A DNA stretch of 64,000 nucleotides from a plasmid: the sequence record NZ_MK262712.1; one strand, 5' to 3'. Under the pieces are notes generated by a model that was given only the letters and a program-made list of their open reading frames with translations, was not told where the DNA came from and did no database searches. The position numbers and the translations under genes were made by a program. Every line of letters begins with the position of its first letter. Position 1 is the first letter of the stretch. Of this stretch, positions 39,275-49,325 are shown one piece after another.

Positions 39275-40453
39275 ATGAAACAAACAGCTGACTTTTTTAT
39301 CTCTACAGAGCGGAACGGGAGGCTAGTCAAAAATTTGCGTGAATTTAGTGACGCAAATCCTGACATTTGCCACAAAGCGGTTAATGGCCAACCGTTTATG
39401 ATCGACCCAAGGGCATTAGTGTTAGTTCCAAACTGGAACTGCCGTGAGATGGGTCTGGGAGAGGCATACTACAAATTACCTAAACCTGCCGAGCATATTC
39501 AGAATCTTAAAAAAGCATTTCTGAATGGGGCAGACATTGACCCTATAACTGTCGTTATTGTTGACGGTAAACCACTGGTTCGACAGGGGAACTGTCGTAC
39601 AAGAGCTGCGCTTTTGGCTCAACAAGAATCAGGTCTCCCCATCCTAGTTAGATTGCGTGAGTTCCAGGGTGACGAGATAGAACAAGAATGGCATTCTCTG
39701 GATGGGGCGAAATCTCTCCCCCTTTGCCCCGTAGGTCGCGGCATTGCCTATAGCAGACTGGTAAATGATGCCGGGATGTCTGTTGAGCAGGTTGCACAAC
39801 GGGAAAACATTTCTGAAATGGCAGTTCGCCAAATCATTTCTCTTGCAACCATCGATGACGAATTAAAGACGTTGATTAGTCAGGATGTTATTTCGTACAC
39901 ACTCTGTCTTGAATTAATTCGTGATCTTGGTGAAAAGGAAGCTCTTGATAAAATTCGGGCCGACCTAAACGCCAAGATAATGGTTATTAATAGTTCCACC
40001 GGGAGTGATACCCTTCCTCTGAATGTTGCCGAAATAATTAAGTCTCATGGTAGTCCTAAGGCTGTCAGGGTCACTAAATCTTCACTGGGAGTGCAACCAA
40101 TTCCTCGTAAACTGGCACAAAATCTCGCAGCCAGTACTAAAGAGGTTTGCAACAGATTACGAGCCTCCCTTCCCTCTTCGTTTGATCTCAATCAGATTGG
40201 ACCCAACGAAAAAATAAATATTGAAGTTGACAGACATCTAATTGAACTTATATTTAATTCAGATGACTCTATTCGTGGCCATGAAGCTAAGCTCGAGCGT
40301 AAAACAACAAAGGGAAAACTTTCTAGTTCTGCCCCATCAGTAACATCAGAGGTAAACTCTAATGCGCTGCCAGCTAATGATCCTATGGAGGAGCCCGCTT
40401 CAGAAAGTCAGGAAAATGAATTTTCGCTATTGAATTTACATTCCGCAGTTTGA
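39275..40453 (+). CDS. ParB/KorB-like DNA-binding protein (ParB N-domain-like plus HTH), 392 aa
   Basis: Degenerate ParB-box-like IVDGKPLVRQGNCRTRAALLA, HTH MSVEQVAQRENISEMAVRQIISLA, acidic C-terminal tail. It is distinct from the SopB-like ParB at 48131. Confidence 0.55.
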   Translation: MKQTADFFISTERNGRLVKNLREFSDANPDICHKAVNGQPFMIDPRALVLVPNWNCREMGLGEAYYKLPKPAEHIQNLKKAFLNGADIDPITVVIVDGKPLVRQGNCRTRAALLAQQESGLPILVRLREFQGDEIEQEWHSLDGAKSLPLCPVGRGIAYSRLVNDAGMSVEQVAQRENISEMAVRQIISLATIDDELKTLISQDVISYTLCLELIRDLGEKEALDKIRADLNAKIMVINSSTGSDTLPLNVAEIIKSHGSPKAVRVTKSSLGVQPIPRKLAQNLAASTKEVCNRLRASLPSSFDLNQIGPNEKINIEVDRHLIELIFNSDDSIRGHEAKLERKTTKGKLSSSAPSVTSEVNSNALPANDPMEEPASESQENEFSLLNLHSAV

Positions 40454-40817
40454 ATTTAAACAACGAGATAATTTAAATGATAGAGGGTTGGACTATGTCT
40501 GATAGTAAAATCAACGAGATGCAGGGAATCCCCCCTTTTCCAGAAAATGGAGAACCTATTGCAGTATTGGTTCCCCCGGTAGCAATGAATAATTTTCCGT
40601 TGGCTAATCCAGAAGAGGATTAACTACTCTTTGAACCTACTCGTCTTTAAAGTAAGGGGCTATTTTACAGCTCCTTATTTTATTGTAACTTAACCTAAAA
40701 ACACCCCCCTATCGTTATAGACACTGAATAAAATCAATTCCGCTGTTTTTATTGAATGTTTTTGATTTCTATAGATTAACTCCTTGTTCTCCCTTTTTTG
40801 TATTTTTAAAATAGGGT

Positions 40818-41339
40818 ATGTACAAGCCTTTTTCATTTGATTTAATTGTGTCATACATAACGAGATGGTGGGGCCTATCCATGACACATTCGAATGAAAG
40901 ATGGTATTCAGTTGACGGTCAGTTAATTGATAATAAACTTGTTTTCAATATTAATGAATTCAACGGCACTGCTCGGTACGAAAAAAATTTTATCTGCTCA
41001 TATTGTAAAGGCTCAGGTCGTCATCGTATCAGTTATGCAAATTCTTCAGGAAAATGTTCCGCGTGTAAAGGTACGGGCAAACAAGGTACCTTAATAAAAG
41101 AGTGTTTCACGCTTCAAATGCTTTTTAAAAAGAATTATCTAGCTGCTAAAAAGATTGTTTCTTCACGACACTGTCGTGAGAGTCAAGGAAAAAATTTATC
41201 AGCCCTTGAGAGACAAATCATGTCTTCAAGCAACAAAAACCCCTTCCTTAAAAGCCTTACGCTTACGATTCAAAGTGGTCGTCATCTTTCAACTAAGCAG
41301 ATTGCTGTAGCAGAAAGTATCCTTTCCCAACTTAGCTGA
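40818..41339 (+). CDS. Small protein with two DnaJ-type CxxCxGxG zinc-finger repeats
   Basis: CSYCKGSGRH ... CSACKGTGKQ. Confidence 0.4.
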   Translation: MYKPFSFDLIVSYITRWWGLSMTHSNERWYSVDGQLIDNKLVFNINEFNGTARYEKNFICSYCKGSGRHRISYANSSGKCSACKGTGKQGTLIKECFTLQMLFKKNYLAAKKIVSSRHCRESQGKNLSALERQIMSSSNKNPFLKSLTLTIQSGRHLSTKQIAVAESILSQLS

Positions 41340-41498
41340 ACCTCCGAGTTAAAATGTCACTATCAAAAGATGGTGACATTTCTTTCTTTTGCTCTCTTAT
41401 GTCGGAAACCCAAAAATTTCACATGATACTATTCTCGTATAGACCTATGAGTGTCTTTGAAAAGTAACTTTCGTGGCTTCTCACATAAAAGGTTTCCT

Positions 41499-43937
41499 AT
41501 GCGCTTTTCACTATTCTTAAATCATTTTGCTTTAGCTTTGAGTCTCTCAATAGCCACGAGCATGTTTTCCAACGCCCAGGCCCGGGTATACGAGTACACC
41601 TTTACAGATATCAATGGGGCGCAAAAAAGTGTCCCTGAAAGTGCGCCCTATCTTAATCCACATGGGAATTTTAACGCTCTCCTCATTGGTGGCTTGGACC
41701 AACAAATCCGCTTAACCGTAACTCGCGATGCTGATAACAGTGCTGTTTACAGCACAACAACAAGTATCATCTCTGTTGATGACAGGATTTCTTCCGCTAA
41801 TGGAAATATGTTTTACGGAAAGACTGTCACTATTCCACCTATCAGTGATGGTCGTTACACCATAAAATCTGAGATTTTAGACTCAAAATCGACCGTTGTT
41901 TCAACAACATCCCATCCTTTTATAATAGATACGGTAGGCCCTACGTCTGATAACTTCTCTGTACCATGGATTCCTGGGTACAACATGGTTGTAACGGGAC
42001 CTCGCTGGGAACTTGGCCAAGGTCAAGAATCTGCCATAAATCTTGCAATTAAGAATATCAATGATCTATCTGGTTTTGATAAGGCTATTGTTCAAATAAT
42101 AAAACCAGATGGATCAATACAATCCAGCTATACGATGGCCTACGACGATGGGTCAAGAGCTGCTACAGCCCCTATAACTAAAGGTGGTGGAGCGATAGCT
42201 AAAGCTACATGGATGCCAGTGTCGGATGCCGATGTAGAGTTTCGCTTTCGAGCATTCCTTTATGATAAAGCCGGAAATGTTACTCAAGTCCCCGACCAAA
42301 AATTTGTATTTGATTCTTCTGCAGGTGAATATGAGCTATTTGCAGTTGCAGACCCCAATTCTTCAACTAGTGTTGTTCCCGGCATTTCGTCTGGCTACAT
42401 TAAATATTCAGCAGGGATGACTGTTAATACTAACCCTGTTACTCTTGTGTACAAGATTCCCAAACATAATTATAGGGCTTATAACAAAGCTGGTTTATCC
42501 TTCGGTTCTTTGCTTACTGAAGATAATAGTTATGTATATATAAAACAATCCACCCCAGTTGGTACATCATTTACTATTCATAATGGATACCAATACGGAG
42601 GAGGTAACGCTTCGTATAATGTTAAGTTAAGTTCAATCGCTCCGAAATCCCCATCAATAAAATCCTACTCAGCAAACTTTTCAACAATTGGCGATTTTTC
42701 TGCTGGCACAATGAAATTCACAAACATAGATTTGCCAGGTGAGTATCAAAGTATAACTGTGTTTGTAGACCCTAGGGATTATGTGCAGTCATTTTATAAC
42801 CTTACACAAGGCTACGAAGTTTGTACTATTGAGCCCGGAGAAAGTTCTTGCACTGGTCCTTTTTCATACGCAATAAATAAGGGGAATGGTTACATAGCTC
42901 ATTATTTTATAGTTCGCAATCAAGATAAGACACTTACATCAAATCAATTTGAGATTCGTAGCATCTGGAATACGGATTTAATACCTAAGATCACAGGGTA
43001 TGATTACAAAGAAGAGAATAAATCTGTCCTTGTTTATGTCACACAACCCGGCAATGGCAATTGGCGTGATGTCTTGATGCTTTCTAAGCTAGAGATACTG
43101 GATACAATTTCTAATACGGTTCTTCTGACGGGCACAAAAGCCGCGATGTCTGGAGAGGACTATACTTATGCATTTGATTTATCGGCTATACCTGAAGGGA
43201 AGTATGATTTAACCTTCAGGGCCACTGATACTTTTAACAACAGTTCTCAGTTGCCGTTCAGATCTCTTATTATAGATAACTCCCCTCCTTCAATTTCATT
43301 TTCGTATGAAGGGAAACCACTGTTATCAGAAAGTACAGTCTATGGATTAGAAAACATCTCAGTAGCTGTATCTGATGCTTTAAGTAAGTCCAAGATCTCT
43401 CAAATGGTTCTTCAAGGAGGCCCTGCATCAGATGATGTAGAATTAGGATTTACCCATAACACAGATGGTTCATACACACCACTTTATCCTCGTTTGTTTC
43501 CTTCACTTGATGAAAAAACTGATAAATACACACTTGTAGTTAAAGCTATAGATGATGCAGGTAATGAGTCATCAAAATCTATCCGTTTTGCATATTATCC
43601 TAAGAATCTCATTGTTCTTGATAAACTTAATACCCTTGCGGTTAACAAACCTTTAAACCTTTCTTCAGGTGAACCTCTGGCTGTTCTTAAAGCAAGTCAG
43701 TTACGCCGTAATGATGGTTCCTTAGCAAAAGGCGTACAGACAGCTTTAATTACTGTTAGGGGTGACTCAGCATTCCCAATTAGTGTTAATGGAAACCTTG
43801 TTTCTCCAGGTGAAACGAAAGAAATTCAAATAGATTTAGGTTCTGTAGGAAATGACGTTGTTGTCCCTATATTCCCAGGAGTATCTGGCGTTGTCGGTGC
43901 CTCCGGTTTTATTGTTGAATTCCCTCAACTAAAATAA
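41499..43937 (+). CDS. Exported ~810-aa surface protein, paralogue A of a four-member family
   Basis: Signal peptide ...SMFSNAQA|RVYEYTF. The C-terminal ~200 aa are highly similar to paralogues B-D and end in IVEFPQLK. Palindrome motif at 41458 in the 5' UTR. The ORF track starts at 41451. Confidence 0.65.
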   Translation: MRFSLFLNHFALALSLSIATSMFSNAQARVYEYTFTDINGAQKSVPESAPYLNPHGNFNALLIGGLDQQIRLTVTRDADNSAVYSTTTSIISVDDRISSANGNMFYGKTVTIPPISDGRYTIKSEILDSKSTVVSTTSHPFIIDTVGPTSDNFSVPWIPGYNMVVTGPRWELGQGQESAINLAIKNINDLSGFDKAIVQIIKPDGSIQSSYTMAYDDGSRAATAPITKGGGAIAKATWMPVSDADVEFRFRAFLYDKAGNVTQVPDQKFVFDSSAGEYELFAVADPNSSTSVVPGISSGYIKYSAGMTVNTNPVTLVYKIPKHNYRAYNKAGLSFGSLLTEDNSYVYIKQSTPVGTSFTIHNGYQYGGGNASYNVKLSSIAPKSPSIKSYSANFSTIGDFSAGTMKFTNIDLPGEYQSITVFVDPRDYVQSFYNLTQGYEVCTIEPGESSCTGPFSYAINKGNGYIAHYFIVRNQDKTLTSNQFEIRSIWNTDLIPKITGYDYKEENKSVLVYVTQPGNGNWRDVLMLSKLEILDTISNTVLLTGTKAAMSGEDYTYAFDLSAIPEGKYDLTFRATDTFNNSSQLPFRSLIIDNSPPSISFSYEGKPLLSESTVYGLENISVAVSDALSKSKISQMVLQGGPASDDVELGFTHNTDGSYTPLYPRLFPSLDEKTDKYTLVVKAIDDAGNESSKSIRFAYYPKNLIVLDKLNTLAVNKPLNLSSGEPLAVLKASQLRRNDGSLAKGVQTALITVRGDSAFPISVNGNLVSPGETKEIQIDLGSVGNDVVVPIFPGVSGVVGASGFIVEFPQLK

Positions 43938-43951
43938 TTATTAACCACGCC

Positions 43952-43976
43952 AAAAACCAGCTTCTGGCTGGTTTTT
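43952..43976. terminator. Rho-independent terminator after paralogue A
   Basis: AAAAACCAGC-ttctg-GCTGGTTTTT. Confidence 0.55.
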
Positions 43977-44204
43977 GTATTTTTTTAATAAAGATGGCTG
44001 ATATGCCTAGCCCCCTCCCCTTTTCTTTTACATGACCTGAAAACCCATCTTCTTTTTTTTCACATATCCTCCCCCTTCGATATTTACCAGTCATCCCCTG
44101 AGCTTCCGCAATTACCTGAAGTGATAATATGCTGAACACCTCCCCTCTTCCCGGTGATTTACTTGTGACTTAACTTACTCATGAAGACCTGTATGAATAA
44201 AATC

Positions 44205-46450
44205 ATCCCGTTATTCGCAGCTACATCCCGGAAGCCTCTAAATTCTGATGATGCCCCACATATGCAGTACGATCCCTGTTCGCAGTCGTATATCTTAAGC
44301 CTCAGCGGATTCCTGATGCGCAGCAGCTGAAAACAACCCCCTTGTTCGCAGTCAGATACCTTAAGCCTCATCAGTCTCCTGATGTGCAGCAGTTGAAAAC
44401 AACCCCGTAGTTCGCAGTCGGATACCAGAGTCACAGCAGACTCATAATGTGCAGCTGGTGAAAACAACCCCGTTGTTCGCAGTCGGATACCAGAAGCCAC
44501 AGCAGACACATAATGTGCAGCCGGTGAAAACAATCCCGTTGTTCGCAGTCAGATACCTCCAGCCTCATCAGCCCCCCGATGCGCAGCAAGTAAAACCCCA
44601 TGTTCGCAGACGCATACCTGAAGCCACAGCAGACTCATGATGTGCAGGAGGTGAAGACAACCCCGTTGTTCGCAGGCTGATACCTGAAGCCACAGCAGAC
44701 TCATAATGTGCAGCCGGTGAAAACAACCCCGTTGTTCGCAGTCGGTTACCAGAAGCCACAGCAGACTCATAATGTGCAGCCGGTGAAACAACCCCGTTGT
44801 TCGCAGTCGGATACCTCCAGCCTCATCAGACTCCCGATGCGTAGCAAGTTAACCCCCCTCAGCTTGTCCGCAGTCGGATACCCGAAGCCACCACAGACTC
44901 ATGATGTGCAGCAGGTGAATACAACCCCGTTGTTCGCAGTCGGATACCAGAAGCCACAGAAAACTCATAATTTGCAGCCGGTGAAAACAACCCCGTTGTT
45001 CGCAGTCGGTTACCAGAAACCACAGCAGACTCATAATGTGCAGCCGGTGAAAACAACCCCGTTGTTCGCAGTCGGTTACCAGAAACCACAGCAGACTCAT
45101 AATGTGCAGCCGGTGAAAACAATCCCGTTGTTCGCAGTCAGATACCTCCAGCCTCATCAGCCTCCCGATGCGCAGCAAGTTAAACCCCATGTTCGCAGTC
45201 GGATACCAGAAGCCACAGCAGACTCATTATGTGCAGCTGGTGAATACAACCCCGTTGTTCGCAATCGGATACCAGAAGCCACTGCAGACTCATGATGTAC
45301 AGCATGTGATAACAATTCCCTGTTCGCAGTCAGATACCTCCATCCTCATCAGACCCTTGATGCGCAGCAAGTTAAACCCCCTCAGCTTGTCCTCATTTGG
45401 TTACCTGAAGTCTCTTCAGGCTACCGATGTGTAGCCAGTTAAACCCCTTGTTCGCAGACGCATACCTGAAGCCACAGCAGACTCATAATGTGCAGCCGGT
45501 GAAACAACCCCGTTGTTCGCAGTCGGATACCTCCAGCCTCATTAGACTCCCGATGCATAGCAAGTAAACCCCCCTCAGCTTGTCCGCAGTCGGATACCCG
45601 AAGCCACCACAGACTCATGATGTGCAGCAGGTGAATACAACCCCGTTGTTCGCAGTCGGATACCAGAAGCCACAGCAGACTCATAATGTGCAGCCGTTGA
45701 AAACAACCCCGTTGTTCGCAGGCTGATACCTGAAGCCACAGCAGACTCATAGTGTGCAGCCGGTGAATACAAACCCGTTGTTCGCAGGCTGATACCTGAA
45801 GCCACAGCAGACTCATAGTGTGCAGCCGGTGAAAACAACCCCGTTGTTCGCAGTCGGTTACCAGAAGCCACAGCAGACTCATGATGCGTAGCGAGTTAAA
45901 ACAACCCCCTTGTTCGCCGTCATTAAGTGAAGCCTCTACTGACTGATGAAGTTCAGCCAGTGAATACAACGCCGTTATTCGTAGTCGTTACGTGAAACCT
46001 CAGCGGATGAATGATGTGCAGCCGGTGAAAACAACCTCGTTGTTCGCACTATACTCATGTGAGCCTCTCGTAACTCCCGAAGCCCCATAGATGATTTCAA
46101 CTCCTTTTTATAAAATCGGCTATCTGAATCCTCAGACTATTCCAGATATCTTGCAGATAAAACCATCCCGCTGTCTGTTCGCAGTCGGCTATCTTAAGCC
46201 TTATCAGATTCCTGATGCTTGCAGGTGTAAAAATCCTTTTGTTCGTAATCGGATCCAAGGATTCTCTGGACACCCATGAAGTCCACAGATGAAATGCAAC
46301 TCCGCTGTTCGCAGTCTGGTCATGCGTGCCCATGGAGACTCATGAAGCCCCACAGATGCAATCAAACAACGTTTCACAAAGTCGGTATCAGAATCCACAG
46401 AAGAATCCTAATGCCTTGTAGATGAAAACCCATTGTTCGTAGTCGGCAAT
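44205..46450. repeat. Tandem array of about 34 x 66-bp repeats (candidate centromere/iteron array)
   Basis: Period of exactly 66 (for example 44981 to 45047). The consensus unit GTGAAAACAACCCCGTTGTTCGCAGTCGGATACCAGAAGCCACAGCAGACTCATAATGTGCAGCC contains the inverted repeat AACAAC-ccc-GTTGTT. Two alternating unit subtypes. Edge units are more degenerate. Confidence 0.85.
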
Positions 46451-46553
46451 TCTGGTCTGGAGCCCCAATAAGTTGAACAGCCATGTTTTCGACCTCGAAA
46501 TTTGGGAAGGTATACATCGTTAAACCGGCCTCCAGTAGATAGGTGAAAGAGAA

Positions 46554-46585
46554 GGGCAGGGCAGGGCAGGGCAGGGCAGGGCATG
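46554..46585 (+). repeat. (GGGCA)6 pentanucleotide microsatellite / G-quadruplex-type motif
   Basis: gggcagggcagggcagggcagggcagggca read directly. Confidence 0.8.
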
Positions 46586-46803
46586 GTAAAGGGGTGGCAT
46601 AGTCATTTGCGCCCATGGGTTCTAGCTAAATTTTAAAAATTGAGTATGGATGGCTGGGAAAAAGTCTCAGAATTCACCAAATCTGTGAATTTTGCCTAGT
46701 TAAATTAGATTTCTTTTAATATCAATACCTTGAGAATCATTTGTACATTTCTCGCCCAAAAAAGACTGTGCACGAAATCTCATTTTGAGCGCATGATGTG
46801 ATA

Positions 46804-46827
46804 AAAGTGCATTGTAATGCACTTTTA
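46804..46827. promoter_or_regulatory. 24-bp palindrome about 55 bp upstream of parA (candidate ParA/ParB autoregulatory operator)
   Basis: AAAAGTGCATT-gt-AATGCACTTTT. Confidence 0.4.
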
Positions 46828-46883
46828 CCTTGTAATACGCTCAATCCTCATGAATAATGTGAAGACTAACCTAAGGAGAGATC

Positions 46884-48131
46884 ATGAGCATATTAGATGA
46901 TATTCGTACTATCGGCCTAAAGATGAAAAATGAACAAGCAAGCCTCAAGGAAATAATCTTGGAGTCGAGTCGGGTTGATGTTTCGGATGAACAAGTCGAT
47001 GGCTTAGATCGTCTTATCTATAACCATTGTTTAAATAAAAAAACTCTTTCGGACTTCTTTGGTAAATCAAGAAACACTTTTAGTAGAATTCTTGCTGAAC
47101 TACATGAGAAAAAAGTGATCGGTGAACCTATCTTCCAGAATAAGAGTCACCTGTATACACGTTGGGATGTTCAAAAAATAATGGAAGCGATGGGCACTAT
47201 TCAATATCGTGAAATGTATTTGCCCCGAGTTATTGTTACGGAAAACCATAAAGGTGGGACAGGTAAAAGTACAACAACAGCAACACTTGCTACCGCGGCC
47301 GCTTTGGATCTTAATCTGAATGCAAAAATCTGCGTAATTGATCTTGACCCCCAAGGCTCGTTAGGCAATAACCTTATCCACTCAACTAGTGAAGATAGTG
47401 TTTACCTAACCATAACCGATGTTCTGCTTAGTGAAATTGAAGATAATGACTTTACACAATATATAAAACAGGGATATACGGAAGCACAAATTATTGGTGC
47501 TATGGCATTTTCAACCCATCTCCCTAACATGGATGTTATAACTGCATTCCCGACAGATGATAGATTTACTGATAAATATTGGAGCCTCGATAAGGAGTCA
47601 AGACTCAAACTTCTTACACGTTTTCGTGATGTGGTTATACCTGTATTAAAGGAAAAATATGACCTTATATTTATAGATACTCCGCCACAAGATTCTCCAA
47701 TTATTTGGTCAACAAACGAAGCAGCTGATGCAATACTTGTTCCCATTACACCACGAGAATATGATTTTGCATCAACCACAAACTATATGATTACGATTTC
47801 AGACCGACTTGAGCAGCTTCCATCTAAGGGAACAAATATTAAATGGATTAATGTTCTTGCAGTAAACGTAGATGATAGAAGTCAACATGAGATTCGTACT
47901 TTAAATAAACTAGTAAGAACTGTACGTGATCGGTTCATGACAACAAATATTAAACATTCAGAGGCTTTCGTTGCAGCGGCTGAAAAAGGTCGTACTGTAC
48001 TCGATATTAAAAAATCAGAAGAACTTTGTTCTTCGAAACAATATGATATTGCTGAAATGTCGGTTCAGTCGGTGTATCAACAACTTATCAATGAAATTAA
48101 AAGCTTCTCAGTTAGGGAGGAGGGTAAATAA
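46884..48131 (+). CDS. parA: Type Ia partition ATPase ParA/SopA-like with N-terminal HTH extension
   Basis: Deviant Walker A KGGTGKSTTTATLA about 110 aa from the N-terminus, followed by DLDPQGS. 415 aa is consistent with SopA/P1 ParA. Confidence 0.85.
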   Translation: MSILDDIRTIGLKMKNEQASLKEIILESSRVDVSDEQVDGLDRLIYNHCLNKKTLSDFFGKSRNTFSRILAELHEKKVIGEPIFQNKSHLYTRWDVQKIMEAMGTIQYREMYLPRVIVTENHKGGTGKSTTTATLATAAALDLNLNAKICVIDLDPQGSLGNNLIHSTSEDSVYLTITDVLLSEIEDNDFTQYIKQGYTEAQIIGAMAFSTHLPNMDVITAFPTDDRFTDKYWSLDKESRLKLLTRFRDVVIPVLKEKYDLIFIDTPPQDSPIIWSTNEAADAILVPITPREYDFASTTNYMITISDRLEQLPSKGTNIKWINVLAVNVDDRSQHEIRTLNKLVRTVRDRFMTTNIKHSEAFVAAAEKGRTVLDIKKSEELCSSKQYDIAEMSVQSVYQQLINEIKSFSVREEGK

Positions 48132-49141
48132 TGAGTGATGTTGAACGCGGTACAAGCAAAGACAAATACTTAACCGGAAACAGCAAACGTACATTTGTCG
48201 ATCAAAAAAGCGGACTTCCACCTTTACGTACTTCTCCTACACAGAAGCGACTATTTACTCTAGCAAATGGGCGTAAAGTTGAAGCTCGCTACGTTGTCGT
48301 CCCTGGCTCAGAAGTTGCTAATAAAACGCTCGTTCATGAACTAAACCCACGAAATCAAGAGGCAGTTGACGATCTCTCTACAAGAGAAATTCTTCCTTTA
48401 ATTAAAGAGAATGGGGTTACAACTGAAGCTATTGCCGTCTACCGGGACGGCCAATTTTACCTAATTGAAGGAAGTAGGCGTCGTTTCTGCTGCATAAAAT
48501 GTTCGGTTGATTTACCTTTATGGGCCTTCGATGTAGAGGTTAGCCGTGAAGATGTCGATTGTATTGTTAATGCTGCACAAACGGCAAAACGATTCTCGTA
48601 TCGTGAAGTTGGAATTAAATACCTTGAAATCATGAAGAATAAGGGTTTTAAAACTAATGAGGAACTTGCTTCTTATCTTAATATTGGTATTGAATCGATA
48701 AGAAAGAGAATTCAGGCTGCAAAAATCAGTAAAGAACTTATTAGAATATTCCCAGATAGTGAGGGGATACCTAATACTTATTATAGTAAATTGGCTAGAA
48801 TTGAAAAAACCGCTAATGCTAATAACATTCCTCTGACAGAGCTAACATCTGAAGTAGGGGCGGATGACAATAAAATTACTAACATTAATGATATTGAGGA
48901 AGTTCAGAAGTCAATTTTAGATGGTTTACATTCAGTTCTTAGTATTCTTTGTAATGATGTAAATAAACCGCAAAACTGGACAGTGACTGATATTGCTGCT
49001 TTTGATAATAAGGATACTTACGCTAGGGTAAAAAGAAGCGCCGATGGCCAGAAAGTAAGCTTTGAATTTAAGCGTATTGGTCAATCAACAATAAATGAGA
49101 TTGAACGCTTAATTAAAGTTAGTATTAGCAAAGCAAAATAA
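48131..49141 (+). CDS. parB: Partition protein ParB/SopB-like
   Basis: ATGA-coupled to parA. ParB N-domain motif YLIEGSRRRF, 336 aa. Confidence 0.7.
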   Translation: MSDVERGTSKDKYLTGNSKRTFVDQKSGLPPLRTSPTQKRLFTLANGRKVEARYVVVPGSEVANKTLVHELNPRNQEAVDDLSTREILPLIKENGVTTEAIAVYRDGQFYLIEGSRRRFCCIKCSVDLPLWAFDVEVSREDVDCIVNAAQTAKRFSYREVGIKYLEIMKNKGFKTNEELASYLNIGIESIRKRIQAAKISKELIRIFPDSEGIPNTYYSKLARIEKTANANNIPLTELTSEVGADDNKITNINDIEEVQKSILDGLHSVLSILCNDVNKPQNWTVTDIAAFDNKDTYARVKRSADGQKVSFEFKRIGQSTINEIERLIKVSISKAK

Positions 49142-49325
49142 TTATTTTATTTTTAGTCATGATTCTTTAACAGGGATCATGACTTTCTCATTTATGCAAC
49201 TCACATGTACGACTTTGACACTGGAGGTTCTAACAGCTTTCTGTTCCACTCTTGGCAGAGAAGAATCCCTTTGCTCAAGTCCATCTCTTGGTGCTCCGGC
49301 AGCTTTCAGAAGCATCGTTGACAAA

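Noticed and set aside
44159-45969. Many medium-length ORFs on both strands across the 66-bp repeat array. Examples are 44708..45295 (+), giving PVKTTPLFAVGYQKPQQTHNVQ repeats, and 45439..45969 (-), giving MSLLWLQVSACEQRGC repeats.
   Set aside because: They arise because 66 is a multiple of 3 and the unit lacks stops in several frames. Frames break wherever unit length varies (63-70 bp). No start or RBS context.
44205-46450. Possible CRISPR array.
   Set aside because: The repeats are directly tandem with no unique spacers between them, and no cas genes are nearby.
46374-46616. ORF encoding LPCPALPCPALP.
   Set aside because: It is a translation of the (GGGCA)6 microsatellite on the opposite strand.
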